From Eledone cirrhosa (taxonomy: Eukaryota), in contig OZ024742.1 in the NCBI GenBank assembly GCA_964016885.1, positions 107,012,001 to 107,076,000 of the forward strand: a stretch of DNA of 64,000 nt, in the 5' to 3' direction. Positions 25,272 to 39,420 of the stretch are shown here, one piece after another. Each line of letters opens with the position of its first letter. Within the stretch, counting starts at the first letter, position 1. The position numbers and the translations under genes were made by a program. The notes beneath the pieces are model-generated. The model had not been told where the DNA came from. It did no database searches and saw only the letters and a program-made list of their open reading frames with translations.

Positions 25272-27528
25272 TTATACAATTTTCTAAAATTCGCACAAAC
25301 CATACCTGTATTTTATGGACAATCTCCACCATTAACATTACCTCTTTTTTTTTTCCCAACCACTGAGCGAAACATTTGATGCTTTGTTCAAAAATATTTC
25401 AAATTTAAAGCTATTGTGCAGTAACATTTCAAAGCTACTGTGCAGCAACATTTTGATGTGGACAGCATCAATATAGTGGGGCAGCAGAACCACACACTTT
25501 CATAGTTTAGAGAGAATGTTGCCCTAACCCAACTTTTAAAATACATTAAATAAAACAGAAATTATTTTAGAATATATTCATCAGCCTTAATGTGTCACAA
25601 GCGTTTTTATATAACACACACATCGGTGAAACGTTCATAACTGAGCCTAATCAATAAACACCTCAAAGTGAAACCACATTTTGTTCTAAATGTATGCACT
25701 TTGCTAGAGCACAGAGTGCTAATATTGGCACCTTCATCAGTGAACCACAAATCTACTGAATCACATATATATATATATATTTCTGTCTGTAACTCTTTAA
25801 AATTTACACACATTGCATTTCCTATACTAGTGATGTTTCTACAATAAGAAATTCGCTTTCCAATCACGTCTTGGGTTCTAATCCTATATTTGTCCCTGTA
25901 AATAGTTTCTCCAAAGTTACTCATACATTCAATCCTTTGTACATGTAATCATAGCCTAGGAATAAATTATTAATATATTTTTATCTTTAATCACTTCTAC
26001 ATGCCTGTAATCAACATTTTCTTATGCAAACCATAAATTTATTAAAAACACAAATTTCCCAGGTTTTATGATTGTTCATATATCCATTAATTCTGGTATA
26101 TATGGCATACCAATCCTTAACTCTAAAAATTTTAAATGTTCAACGCTATTGCCAACATTATTGATGGCACTGATCCACTCATATAGAAATTAAAAATTAA
26201 TTAATTTTTTTTTAATTATATATATTTATTTAAATTAAAAAGTAAAAGGAAACCTTCAATTCTTTTGCAGAACCAACTTTGTGAAACTCTACTATATACA
26301 TTAAATATGTGAGCACTAACTTACCTAATGTTAGTATGTAAAGATGGATATGGAGTTACAGATTTGCTCATGCAGGCAATAACACAATGGATATCAAAAT
26401 AAAGTTAACAATGGAAGTTCTATGCAATCAATTAAACAGCTAGAAATAGCTGCTAAAGCTCTTTCAAATTACAACATACCACTTCAACCTCCACTCTCCA
26501 TCAGAAAGGCAGATTAGACATTGTAATTCCTGATATACAAGAGTGGTCATGATTGGAACACTTTTAATCATAGGTCTGCATGATTAACCCTTTTGACACC
26601 AAACCACCTGAAACTACCCTGCTTTACGATATAAAACTGCTAATTTTAAAATGTTTTTACCCATATTAAATCCATCCATCATAATTTTATCTAAGCAAAA
26701 AAATTATTAAGTATTGTTCTAAATATTGGCTTACTAAAGATAAAGTTAGTTATTTGATTGAATGCCTCTAAATCTTTGATTAGTTTCAAAATTAATCAAA
26801 ACATAGTATTGAAGCTGGTATTTTTTTTTTTTTTTTTTTAGATTACCAAATAAGCCTCCAGGTGCTATCTCATTAGAAACCGTATTTCCCCTCTAACAAC
26901 TGCAAAAAGGACGGAAATATCTATTAGGCTACTGGGTTTGTGATACAAATCTATCTTTAAAAGCTTAAAATATCTTGAAAAGTTTTTTGTTGTTATTTTT
27001 AACACTGTTTACAAGCAGAGGAAATATATAACCAATTAAATAAATAAATATGTTATTGAAAATAATTGGCATAATAAGACAGATTTGTGTGTTGCATTGC
27101 AACAATGCCTCAATTATTCTTGGTTATAACTATTCCTTCCAAGTTTTACCACAACCAGTCAAAACATACTATTTCTACGCTATCCATTCACTAAATACCC
27201 CAATCTTGTTCAATCATGCCATCTCCTCTTCTTCCTACTGCTTTTCGCTAGTATACTTTTGTAACCTATCCTTATCAGTTTTTCTCCAGCCATGTTGTAG
27301 TTTACAACTTATTTTTTCCTTTATACACTAAAAGGTTTGCATAAGTCAGTAAGGGAGCCCAAATCAGCAATAAAGCTTCTATGGATGTTCAATTTACTCA
27401 AAAATAACCACTAAAAATCCCTCAATAAAGTCACAACTAGAAACCAAATCTACACTTTAATACATTGAGTTTGGTAAATTGGTATTTATCATTTCAGCAC
27501 CTACTAGTCAGTTCTTTATTTGCTTTTA

Positions 27529-27910
27529 CCCTTTCATTATCATATTTCTAATGAAAACACTGCCTATAGTTTACAAATAATTTGAAAAATATCTAAGAAT
27601 GTGGAAGAATTCAGTAATATTATTAAGTTGGTGTTTGAATTGGCAGTATTGGTAGAGGGTCAGACACGCTTTCCAGCGTAGTTACGTCCCTTTACGTCCT
27701 TATGGGGTCGATAAAATAAAGTACCAGTAATGTACTGGGTAATTGCTGGCCTTGTGCCAAAAGTAGAAACAATTATTAAGTTGGTGTTTGGAACAAAGTT
27801 TTTACATAAAATTGTGATGAAAGGTCTTTAAATAAATAGAAACACTGAAACAAACAATTTTGTATCATAAAACCAGAGGCACAGTTTCAGGCAGTTTAGT
27901 ATCAAAAGAA
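27529..27910. mobile_element. MITE family 2 interrupted by a family A SINE
   Basis: ccctttcattatcatatttctaatg...atcaaaagaa-TTAA with SINE at 27638-27771. Confidence 0.75.
27638..27771 (+). mobile_element. SINE family A, internally deleted, with 19-bp TSD
   Basis: attattaagttggtgtttg duplicated at 27619-27637 and 27772-27790. Confidence 0.88.
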
Positions 27911-28942
27911 TTAAAGTAAAACCATCCAGGATCTACATGTCTGTATAGTTGTTTCATTATTCAAAAAATATTTACTTATTATTAAATCACCCAGATTACT
28001 GTGATCAAGTAGACCTATAATCAAAGATATTCCAGTCATGACATACCATCTTTTACCAATCACATATTTCTGATTATGTACCCTTTTTAAGACAGTGAGG
28101 TATGATTTGATGGAGATTTGACTGCTATTTCTAGCAACCACATTAAAGTCCCGTCCCCCTTTCCCCACCTCATTGGTTTGATTGCATAGATAAAGACTCC
28201 TTTGACCCATGATTCGTGTAGTTAACTTAGTCAAAGTAAATAAACCATCACTAAATAACATAGAAATCACCCAGTTCTGGACAGGTATCACAAAATACAG
28301 TGTCTTGTTTAATAAACAGAAGTTCTGAAGAAAACTTTTTAAAATTAGCAATCTCTTAATAAAAAGTCAGAACAGCATAATTTCAATAAAGAAAAGTAAA
28401 ACTTGATATTAGGACACTGAACAATTTGGGTTAAAATATTCAAAGGTTTTATCATTACTAATTTCAAAGTTTGCTCTTCATTCTTTTGGATGTTGATAAA
28501 ATAATGTACCAATGATGTACTGAGGTTCATTTAATCAACTGTGCCCTTCTTCCTTCAAATGTGTGTCCTTGTCTCCATGTTAGAAATCAATATATGTAAC
28601 ACACTAGAATTTAAAGGTAATTCATATTGCTTCTTACATTTCCAATACCTCAGTACAGGTCGTAGAGTGACCATGTGTCTGATGAGTTGTTATATTTCTA
28701 TTTCTAAGTATTCAAGTTAGACACAGGATAGAGGCTGTGAAACCTTTAGAGTAGGAAAAGTAGAATTTGAACCCAGTATATAAAGGACTGTAACTAAATA
28801 CATCAAGGTATTTTGTCTAACATTCAACTGATTCTGCCAGTCCACTTTCCTACTTATTAACATGTTCTTGGATTCCATGGCAGCCCCCCCCCCCCCCCAT
28901 CCTGTTGCCTTTGAATTTGTCAATTGTATGCCACTACCAAAG

Positions 28943-29230
28943 GCAATGAGTTGGCAGAGCCATTAGGATGTTAGATTAAAATGTCTCAGTATTTGTCCTG
29001 GCTCACTGCTTTGAGTTCAAATCCTGTTATGGTCAAACTTGCCTTTCGTCATTTCAAGGCCAATAAATAAAGTACCAGTCTAGTATTGGGGTTGATACTT
29101 CCTTTGTCTCCCATAGAAGAAATCAGCTACATTCTGATCTGGAGAGAGATGAGCTCTGTCGGGTTTAAAATTCCCAAGAATTGCTGTGTGTCAGGATGGT
29201 GCCCCTATGACTCCATTGAGCATTAAGAAC
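28943..29230 (+). mobile_element. SINE family A head and body with tail C, near full length
   Basis: gagttggcagagcc...gagttcaaatcc...ttgcctttc...gtaccagtctagtattggggttgat then gatctggagagagatgagctct...tgactccat. Confidence 0.7.
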
Positions 29231-29299
29231 CCTTAACCTGAGGGTTTGTTTTTCAGTCAATAAATGATCCATTCCATGCATGCAGGAGTTGTATGTTAA

Positions 29300-29343
29300 C
29301 CCTTTTAATACCAACCTACCTGAAACCACCCCTGATTCTTCCC

Positions 29344-29377
<34 letters not shown>

Positions 29378-29636
29378 GAAAGAGATTAAATGTTGAGTAT
29401 GTGCATGCATGAATATATGCACATATGTGTACATGAAACTGCCTCTGTCCCTTTTAAATTGTTTATATCTAAATTAAAACCGTCCATCATAATTTTTTGT
29501 AAGAACTTTGTTGTTATGTTCTTAACACAAACAATAAAAAAAGTTATTTTACCAAAATCTTTTAAATGTTTGATTATTTTCAAAATTGATTAAACCATAA
29601 TCAATGTATTTCATGAAAAATATTGTCATAAAAGAG
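29300..29636. mobile_element. MITE family 2 with internal microsatellite
   Basis: TTAA-cccttttaataccaacc...aaagag-TTAA. Confidence 0.75.
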
Positions 29637-29841
29637 TTAAAAGCTGAAATAATTCTCTAGTAACCTCTTCATACATGATGCAAATCCAATTAGTTTCCTC
29701 AATTCTTCTTTGGACAAAGGGATTTTACCTTGAAATATCAAGGATTATCAAACAACTCCAGAGTAACATTCCAGAGTAACATTTAATGTCCTATTTGCAT
29801 TGCTCCCTCTAAAACAACATATTTTCTAGCTAACTTTCATT

Positions 29842-29979
29842 TGCTTTCCAGCGTAGTTACGTCCCTTTACGATCTGAGTTCAAATCCCGCTGAGGTTAAC
29901 TTTGCCTTTCATCCTTCCGGGGTCGATAAAATAAAGTACCAGTAATTGCTGGCCTTGTGCCAAAAGTAGAAACAATTAT
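29842..29979 (+). mobile_element. SINE family A, 5'-truncated young copy
   Basis: High identity to 13465-13613. Confidence 0.88.
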
Positions 29980-32093
29980 ATATTCTATTCCATTTGTTAC
30001 GATGCAGCAGAAATGTCATAACAAAACCTATCAGAAGCTTTATTATTGTTTCCATTATTGTTTTAACTGGAATGAAATGACAAAATAATGTTTTTCAGAC
30101 TGAAGACAAAAAAAAAAAAAAACCCTATTGCAACATAACCTTTCCAATTCAAATAGATTTCACCATTTAACAGGGAATGCTCATGACTTTTAACTTTAAG
30201 CACTCTATAGAAAATTCAGCTGTTTAGACTAAGCACATTATAACACTGTGATATAAAGCTAGTGAAATAATTAAAAAGAGAGAAAGGTAATAATTGAAAT
30301 AAGAATGGAACCTTTCCAATTTAGTATCAAACAACACATCAAAAACTCTGTAGAAAAGCCAATAACATTTTCTTTGCAACACACTATCTCAAATGTCTGC
30401 AGTGATATGTCAGATGCTTTCCCCCCACTTCTTTTCTTCTGATACTGAGTACTTTTTAACAATTACAGTTGGAGGTTTTTAATTGTCCTCTAATTATAAA
30501 AAAAATTTTTTTAATCTAACTATTGATTAGAGATTAATAAAGCTGTAAGCTTGATTATGTTGTAAGAAAAATATATAAGAACCGGCTCCATCATTCCTTA
30601 CTCCTTACATCTCCAACAATCACTCTATCAACTAATTAACAGCTTTCAAAGTGAAAAAAATAAACCAAATGGTTGAGTGGATAAATAAAATATTGAATTA
30701 CCAGCTTATGAGCCAAGAATTTAAATCCAATGCAAGTATTTTATTGTGTTTCTGTAAGCTGCCCAAAATTATTAGAACATCGGATTGAATGTTTGCAGTA
30801 TTCATTTCCACTCTCTGAGTTCAAATCCCACAAAGGCAACTTTACCTTTCATCCTTTTGATGTTTATAAAAAAAAGTCTCACTCCCTCACTCCCTCCATC
30901 CCCCTCTCTCTCTCTCTAAGAAATAAGCTGTGTTCAGATCTGGAGAGGTGATGGGCTCTACCAGATTTTAAATGCCCAAGACACTCCATGTGTCAGAAAA
31001 GAACCCTCATGACTTCACCAGGAGTTACAAGTCCATAAAATAGTACCAGAGCTGCAAAGTAAAGTTCACTGCATCCTTTCCAAGGAGAGATGTGAGTCAA
31101 CTTACTATAGAAATTGGAGTTAAACACTGATCTTATGGAACCTTGTTGTTCATGAAAGGATTCATTATGAAAGTAAATATACTAAAGGGAATGATTTTGT
31201 AAAGTATTGCCTTTGAATGAGGAACTGAACTACACATCTACTAAATATTATGATTTTCAAACCTTGATGCTGAACAAAGCCATATAAAACAAAACAAAAC
31301 AAAACAAAAAATGCTACTCTTTTTGCATCTGACTGCCTGACAATGAAACAAGGTCTATAACCACATTACATTCAGTGGGTGTTATAAGAAAGGGTGTACA
31401 ATTGCTACAACTATTAATATTTAATAATGACTGTGTGTATCCAGTTTAGAATAGGTACACCATATCCCTATGTATTGTTAGAAATGACTAAAAGGGTTTG
31501 AGTCAGGAAGGGCATCCCACTGTAAAACACTGCTTCAATAAGTCCTGTCTAATCTGTGTCAGCATGGAAAAGTTGACATAGAAACAATGATAATGATTCC
31601 AATATAAACAAACAACCAAATCATACTTGTATGAAAGAAATAAAACTGAAGTAAAATAATTAAATAAATAAATAAAATCATAAATATATCCATAGCAGTT
31701 TTTGGTTTTGTTTGTTTGTTTTTTCTGTAATTCTTTTAACCATTTTGATAGCAATCTAGCAAAAACTAAGTCTGGTTCAATGAAATAAAACAATCTATTT
31801 TAAAGGGTTTCTATTCAAATTCAAATCTTCCAACATAACTTTATATAAGAACTGTTTGTTAAGTAACTGTCTTAGTATAATGAAATAACAATTTTAGTAA
31901 ACTCCTCAAAATTCTTCATTAATTAATTAGAAATAGGGTCGCAAAAGGGTTAAATAAATCAGAGGAGGCACAGCAAGCTTGAGTTTTGAAGACCTTCCAG
32001 GGCTGTTAAGATTAATGTATTTATGGTCCAACCTAAACATATTTAACTGAATGTTTTACAAGAATGTTGTTGATATGCTAATATCAAAGTTGA

Positions 32094-32333
32094 CCTTTTC
32101 AATACCAACCTGCCTGAAACTGCTCCTGATTTTGTGGTGAAACAGTCTTTTAAAGTGTTTATATCTAAAGTCAAACTTTCCATCATAGTTTTATGTAAGA
32201 ACTTTGTTGTCATGTTCTTAATACCAACTTAATAAAATGGTTATTTTATTAAAACCCTCCAAATTCTTGATTGTTTTCAAAATTAATTGAAACACATTCA
32301 ATAAATTTCATGAGAAATATGGCAAATAAAGGG
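32094..32333. mobile_element. MITE family 2
   Basis: ccttttcaataccaacctgcctgaaac...aaaggg-TTAA; neighbouring partial copies at about 31780-31949 and 32580-32750. Confidence 0.8.
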
Positions 32334-33296
32334 TTAACTCCACTAAATTCAATGCGTGTGCATGTGTGTGTATGTGTAAATGACAGCACCCAGACAAAGA
32401 TTTCTAGAGCCAACAATTTTACAGTGGAATGTACTTAATTGTATGTCAAAAATTTTAACCTCATTTCATAATTGCTCACTTCTTTAATATATATATATAT
32501 ATATATATATATGAATGGGAGGTGAATGCATAAATATATATTTGAGTGTGTGTGCACTTGTACATATGCATGTGTGTACATTAAACTGCCTTTAAAGAAT
32601 TCATATCTATATTAAACTTCTCTCATAACTTTATATAAGAACTTATTTATTATGTTCTAAACATCAACTTAATGAAAAAATTATTTTAATAAAAGCCTCC
32701 AAATTCTTGATTATTTTCAATATTAACTGAAATATATACGAAAGGATGAAAAAAGAATTGAGAAAAATCAAAATGCCATCTCTATAGCAATGAATGAACT
32801 AAAGTCAAATTTTAATCTAAGTACATTTGATAACTCCCATCAAAGTAGCCTCTCCAAATCACTCTTAAATCACACAACTGTTTTTTAAAAAAAAAGGGAA
32901 GGACATATTAGATAATGTAGTCCTAAACTATATCTGAAAAGATGATAGACTGGCCACAGCTAAGAAGCCTTTGATCATCAGTCTGCTCAATCAGAACCAA
33001 CCTGAAACTTAACAACAATGTAAATGAACTAACAACAGAGCTTGACCTAAAAGAAATAACAGCTACATATCTTTCAAATCTCAACATAACTATCTTTAAT
33101 ATGACAGACATATTGTAATATTGGATATTCTGTGGTTGTTTTATAATGTTATGTTAATTACAAACAGTTGCTAATTCAACAATGAAAAGATCAGATGCTT
33201 GATCATAAAGGAAAAGAAAAATGTTTAATTATCAGAAATGGTTCATTAGTGGAAAAGATACTAAGAGCCACATCTTATATCAATTTACCTCAGGGA

Positions 33297-33545
33297 AACT
33301 GGTGCCATGACAAAAAGCACCCAGTCCACCCTGTAGAGCCAGAATCACAATATGATGCTCCTATTGCATGCTGTAAAGTGATTGGCATTAGGAAGGACAT
33401 TCAGCCGTAGAAACCAAGGCAAATGCAGAGTGCATGAGCAAAATATAGTCACCTGATCAGTCTACCCTCAGTATACGACAGCCCGTCTAACCCATGCTAG
33501 AATGGAAAATAAACAAACAATGATGATGATGTAGATAATGATGAT
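33297..33545 (+). mobile_element. Family D repeat
   Basis: ggtgccatgacaaaaagcacccagtcc...gcattaggaaggacattcagccgtagaaacc...ctaacccatgctagaatggaaaa, (GAT)n. Confidence 0.8.
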
Positions 33546-34339
33546 GGTGGTGAAGTATGATACAATCTTCACAAGCCATTTACCTGGAGCCACTGAATCC
33601 AAGACTTAATACAACTGATGAGAACTGCAAATATTTAAGTATGCTGTTCTCTCACTTTAGCAAACAAACTACTCATACAATGATAACAACATAATTTTGG
33701 CAACAGATGATGATGACATATCAAGTCATCACTCTACTACAGTTACAACAGACAACTTTAACAAACCAAACAGAACCTGAAGAATGCCTGCTTATTTTAA
33801 AGATCATGATATCCCTTAAAGATAAACAATGATTACTTCTTTTTTGTTATATTTTTGAGTTGATAATTACTCAAGTCTTTCATTTTACTCCTGAATTACA
33901 TTTTTTTTTTTTACCTGTCTTCTAAATGATCTTTCTTTAGCTGTGTGGAGAATGTAATATTGGGTATTCTATAATTGTCTTGTATTCTCCTGTTAATTAC
34001 TAACAGTAAAACTATGTGAGGGTCATGAGAGTCTTGGTTGCATGCGTGGTTGGCACTTAGTATATAAAGAATTTGAAACAGCTTTGTTAACCAAAAACTA
34101 ATGAAATGTGTGTTGTGAAATTAGGGATACATCAAATATGAAGAAACAATTAAGCAAACCAAAAACAGGATTCATCAATAACACAAAGAACTACAAGAAC
34201 TAGAATCCAATATCCGTATAAGAAAGACGTAGGCTATGGATCTGACTTGTCTCATAACATGACAACCTGTATAACCCATACAAGCATGGAAAAATAGAAG
34301 TTAAATGATGATAATACACTGCTCAGTATCCCTTTCTCT

Positions 34340-34595
34340 AGAATTGGGAGATCGCAGCTCCGATATTATGGACATGTGGTTAGAATGTCTCAGAAAAGAA
34401 TCGCTGGACAGATTTTACAGGGAAAAAACAACCGTCAGGAGAGTCAGGGGTAGACCCTGAGCAAGATGGTTGGATAACATTGGGGATCCAGCTGGATCAA
34501 TTGGAGACTTTTGACAGAACCTGTTGGAAGGAATGTTTGAGGACACTGCCCCACGGCCCTCTCAGCAATAAGTGGGTGAAGAAAAAGAAAAAGAA
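34340..34595 (+). mobile_element. RTE-clade (Expander/Rex3-like) LINE 3' fragment with A/GAA tail
   Basis: RIGRSQLRYYGHVVRMSQKRIAGQIL...GRP*ARWLDNI. Confidence 0.8.
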
Positions 34596-34754
34596 GAGAC
34601 ATCAAATATATTTTTTTTTAAACCACAGGTGAGGTGTGAAGAAATTGGGTAGACAGAATATGGAGAGAAGTGTGTATATATATACTCTTTATTAACTCTT
34701 AACCTCTTGTAATGATTTAGAAGTGTGTGTGTGTATTATTATTATTATTATTAT

Positions 34755-35110
34755 GCTTTGCAGCTTAGAGTTATGGCCCTTTGTGTTCTGAGTTCATATC
34801 CCACCAAGGTTAGCTTTGCCTTTCATCCTTATGGGATCGAGAAAATAAAACACTGGGGTAATTGCTGGCCTTATACCAAAAGTAGAAACAATTATTATTA
34901 TTATTATAGAAATGGGCGGTGGATTGGTAGTATCGGTAGAGGGTCAGACACCATGCTTTCCAGCATAGTTACGTCCCTTTACGATCTGAGTTCAAATCCC
35001 GCCGAGGTTGACTTTGCCTTTCATCCTTACGGGGGTCGATAAAATAAAGTACCAGTAATGCACTGAGTAATTGCTGGCCTTGTGCCTAAAGTAGAAACAA
35101 TTATTATTAT
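34755..35110 (+). mobile_element. Two tandem family A SINEs (34755-34908 older, 34914-35110 young)
   Basis: Both match the consensus; the second is flanked by duplicated ttattatagaaatg. Confidence 0.88.
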
Positions 35111-35267
35111 AGAAATGACTTCTATATGGCTAGAACTGTTTCATTCGTAAGAATGGCGATTTCTTATGAATGAAACAGTTACTTCTATAATAAAATAAAT
35201 ATGCCTATACTCTACTGACGTATTGAGTACCTTTTTTAATTGTGGTCACCTATCGATATACATTGGA

Positions 35268-35298
<31 letters not shown>

Positions 35299-35344
35299 AC
35301 ACACACATGCATGTAAGAATTGTCTGTAAGTCAGTTTTAATTTA

Positions 35345-36171
35345 CTCAACTGAAAGGTAGGTTGTACGATGCCTGCATACGAACAGCAATGTTGCATGGC
35401 AGTGAGACCTGGGCATTGTGTGCAGAGGATATACGCAGACTAGAGAGGAACGAAGCTTGCATGCTCCGCTGGATGTGTAACAGTAATATACGTGAACGGC
35501 AAAGCATAAACGAACTAAGGAAAAAATTAGAAATAAGAGGGATCAGATGTTGTTTACTCGAGAGAAGGCTACGTTGGTATGGACACGTGATGCGCATGAA
35601 AGTCGATAGCTGTATAACAAAGTGCAGGGCAATAAAGATAGACGGTAGCCACGGAATAGGCAGACCTAGAAAAATCTGGGACGAGCTGATAAACTCCGAC
35701 CTCACACACTTACACCTCTCCAAGACAATGTCACTGGACCGAGACCTTTGGCGGTACTCAGTAACAGAGAAGACCCGCCTTACCTAAATACATAGTAAAA
35801 CCTACTACAGCCAGTAGGCATCTCTAACAAAATACACCCCGTCCCACCACCCCATCCACACCACCCCGTTCTATGTAAAGTTATGTTGGTGCCGCGCCAT
35901 CCAGGCCGAAACAAATGAGATCGTGTAGGTGTCACGACAAAAAAAACACACAGTCCACGCTGTAATGTGGCCGTGTAGGCAACACGGTAAAAACCTCCCA
36001 GACCCACACTGTAAATGTGGTTGGTGTTAGGAAGGGCATCCAACTGTAGAAAACCTGCCAGACAGTCCTATGCGAGCAAGACAATCACTCTTGCCTCAAG
36101 TGGGACTACCCCCGTCCAAACCCATGCAAGCGTGGAACACGGACGTTAAACGTTGATGATGATGATGATGA
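35345..36171 (+). mobile_element. Young 5'-truncated RTE-clade LINE: open RT C-terminal ORF (to 35787), 3'UTR and (GAT)n tail
   Basis: LYDACIRTAMLHGSETW...RRLRWYGHVMRM...GRPRKIW...DRDLWR are RTE hallmarks; terminal stem-loop ccatgcaagcgtgg; possible TSD taattta (35338-44 / 36172-78). Confidence 0.93.
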
Positions 36172-37054
36172 TAATTTAATGATATTCAATAGGATTCTTA
36201 CCTAAACAAATTATTATTTTAAATAGCATGCAACCAAAATTAAAAGAAAATAACCCAATCTGGCTACCCCATGCTACTGTTAACCCACCAAATATATATG
36301 CAGCTAGTTTATAAAACCTGTTTTCCAAGTCTTGCAGTGCATATTTTTCTTTCACAGATAGCTGTGCTGTTATTCATAAACAGATGTACTGAGGAGTGGT
36401 TCATCATCATCATCATCATTTAACATCCGTTTTCTCTGCTAGAGCTAGATAGATCCTAAACAGACTCAAGTGGAGCTATTGACCCCTCAGATGGGCTAGG
36501 GGCCTGCATCCCACTTATGCTCCTGCACTCTACTGAGTGATCACTATTTATTTATTTATTTATTTATTGTGTTACTGGAGTGTGATATGTTAGAAATGGC
36601 ACATTGGATGCTTGTATGTACTATGTAAATTTGAATCCATATTAGCATAATGGACGTTTGGGAATCAAAGCAAGCAACAGTGCCTGCAATGAAGATAAGC
36701 ATACAAGATAGAATATTGATAATGAACAGAATTTATAGAAATACTGTCAAAACAAAATTATTAGTGATCAGTAGATATAGGTCAGAGATGATGAGGAAAG
36801 TGGTAGCAAGTGGTAACTGAAAACAGCTGGAATTGTGTGGAAATAGGAAGCAATACTAGCTGGATAGAATTGATTATGAAGAGAGATTGTACAAGTAAAT
36901 TAGACTAACCACTATCCACACCATCATCATATATATCCTAAACATAAAGTTTCATCATTGGTTCAGATGGGATATTTTGCAGTGTCTGATCCAGCTCTGT
37001 GCCTTCTGAGTTCAACTCCCACCTCCTTCTGGCAAATAGTATCGTCATTATCAT

Positions 37055-37278
37055 AATTATCATCATCATCACCATTTATCGTCTATTTTCCGTTTGCATA
37101 GATTAGATAGGTTGTCATGTTCTGAGACTAGACTATTCAGATAACCATCTCTTGTTGATTGATATGTTCCATCTTTGGCTTGGTTTCTACAGCTGGATGC
37201 CCTTCCTAATAGCAACCACTTTACTGGGAACATTTTATCATGACTCCAGCACTACCACCCTATAGGGTGGACTGGTTT

Positions 37279-37311
<33 letters not shown>

Positions 37312-37485
37312 TTATAGCACTGGTAGTACCAGCTTACAGGATGGATTGGATGTTTTGGGGTTTGTTTGTATTTTGTGGTACCAGCACCACCACCTTAGAG
37401 AGTGAACTATTACTCTCACTTATTCTATTCACCTTCTTTAATATTTTTACACATACTCATCCATTCTGACATATGTTGGATAGCT
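37055..37485 (-). mobile_element. Family D repeat plus a family E remnant
   Basis: ggtttctacagctggatgcccttcctaatagcaacc and internal tandem units. Confidence 0.75.
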
Positions 37486-37949
37486 TTCACCATTGGTTCT
37501 GATGGGATACTTCGCAATTATCTGATCATGAGTTCAAATCCCACCTTCTGTCATCAAATAGTATCATAAATATAATTCTCTTGGTTTCATTAGAGCTGCT
37601 CTGTTAGAAATCAGGTTGCAGGTGGTGGATAGTAATACACCTACCAAATATTAGGTTTCACCTATACTTGGCATGCTCTGTACATCAGGAGTTCAAATTC
37701 AACCTTCTGCCAGCAGATAGTATCATCATCATCATCGTTTAACGTCCATCTAAATATAATTCTCTACATTGGCTGGGATACTTTGCAGTTATGTTATCCA
37801 ACAGTGTATTCCAGTGCATGGCACTAAACTTCAAAATGGTGATTGAGGGACATTCGTGACTTTCTTACATTATGCTAGCAACACAGCTCAAGTGATAGGA
37901 CTATAATTAGAATTTGAAAGACTACTGGATTGGCTTACCAAAGGTTTAT

Positions 37950-38251
<302 letters not shown>

Positions 38252-39420
38252 GCACACACACGCACAATATTGTTCAGTTGTTCTCCAGCAGAATAAACCA
38301 GTTTCACCAGTGTTTACAACCAAAGTTAAACATAACTAGAAGCAAACGTAACATTTAACAGCTAACTACAGCCCTGAGAAACCAAATAGGTTTCCTTTTT
38401 TAAAAGCTTCCGAGTGTGTAGCAGATTATTTAGCTAAAGTTTTAATTCTATAGCTTCTATTATAATTACTATGCAGTGACTAATCAGGATGTTAGGCTAT
38501 TATCACTGACAAACATATAAGCAGCAAGCAATTTTTTTATACAGGTGTTCTTGTTGCTTTTTCTAACAGTTTAGGGGGAAAAAATTTAAACATTTCTCAA
38601 CTGCATTTTCTCACACTACTTTCTGACGTTAATATTACTCTAAAATTATGTAATTCAAGGCATTGAATTTTGTTGATTCACCAATGTCACATGCTGCTTT
38701 TCATTGATGTTGTTGTTGTCACTCCAGTTGAAGGTGGTGGTGTTCTTGCTGTTATAGTTAGTGGTGGAGATACTGATGTTAATCTTTGGCCCTGGGTCAG
38801 TCCTGACCAAGCAAACTTTATGATGGAATATATATTAGTCATGACCATTGTCTTTTACTCAGACCAAAGTGTATCAAGGACTACATTATGCAATGTTTTT
38901 TTCCCTATTTAAAACAATCATCGTCGTTTTTACATTGACTTTTCCATGCTGGCATGAATTGCATGGGACTTTTTAAGGCAATGTTTTACAGTCAGATGCC
39001 CTTCTTGACATTGTTTTAGTCCCTTCTTACAACATGCAGTGACACTGTGTGCCTCTTCTAAACCTGATTCACAATTTGGTGTGATTTTTGCACAACTTAG
39101 TCGGGAAGTAGAGCAGTAGAAACCATGACAATTATCTTTTATTCAGACACAGTGTATCAAGGACTACATTATTCAATGTGCCCTTCCTCTTTTAAAGCAC
39201 CATGGTGCGATTTTTATATTACTTAGTAAGGAAGTGGAGCAGCAATAGCTATGGCCTTTGCATGCTCATGAGATTAATACTGCATATACTAAACTTGAAC
39301 ATCTTTATCCTTTCTGATACAAACTTGCCCAAAATACCTAATTCTATGATGACAAATATCTTTTTTAAAGAATTCCTATTTAAATTTAAAAAATAATGTT
39401 TGGGAAGAATATCTTTGTTA

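Noticed and set aside
25590-26180. Possible decayed Penelope endonuclease region with CTGATGA on the minus strand near 25740
   Set aside because: No convincing GIY-YIG motif in any frame and no GAAA after the putative stem II
35362-35787. 141-aa ORF as a host gene
   Set aside because: It is the C-terminus of an RTE reverse-transcriptase ORF in a 5'-truncated copy
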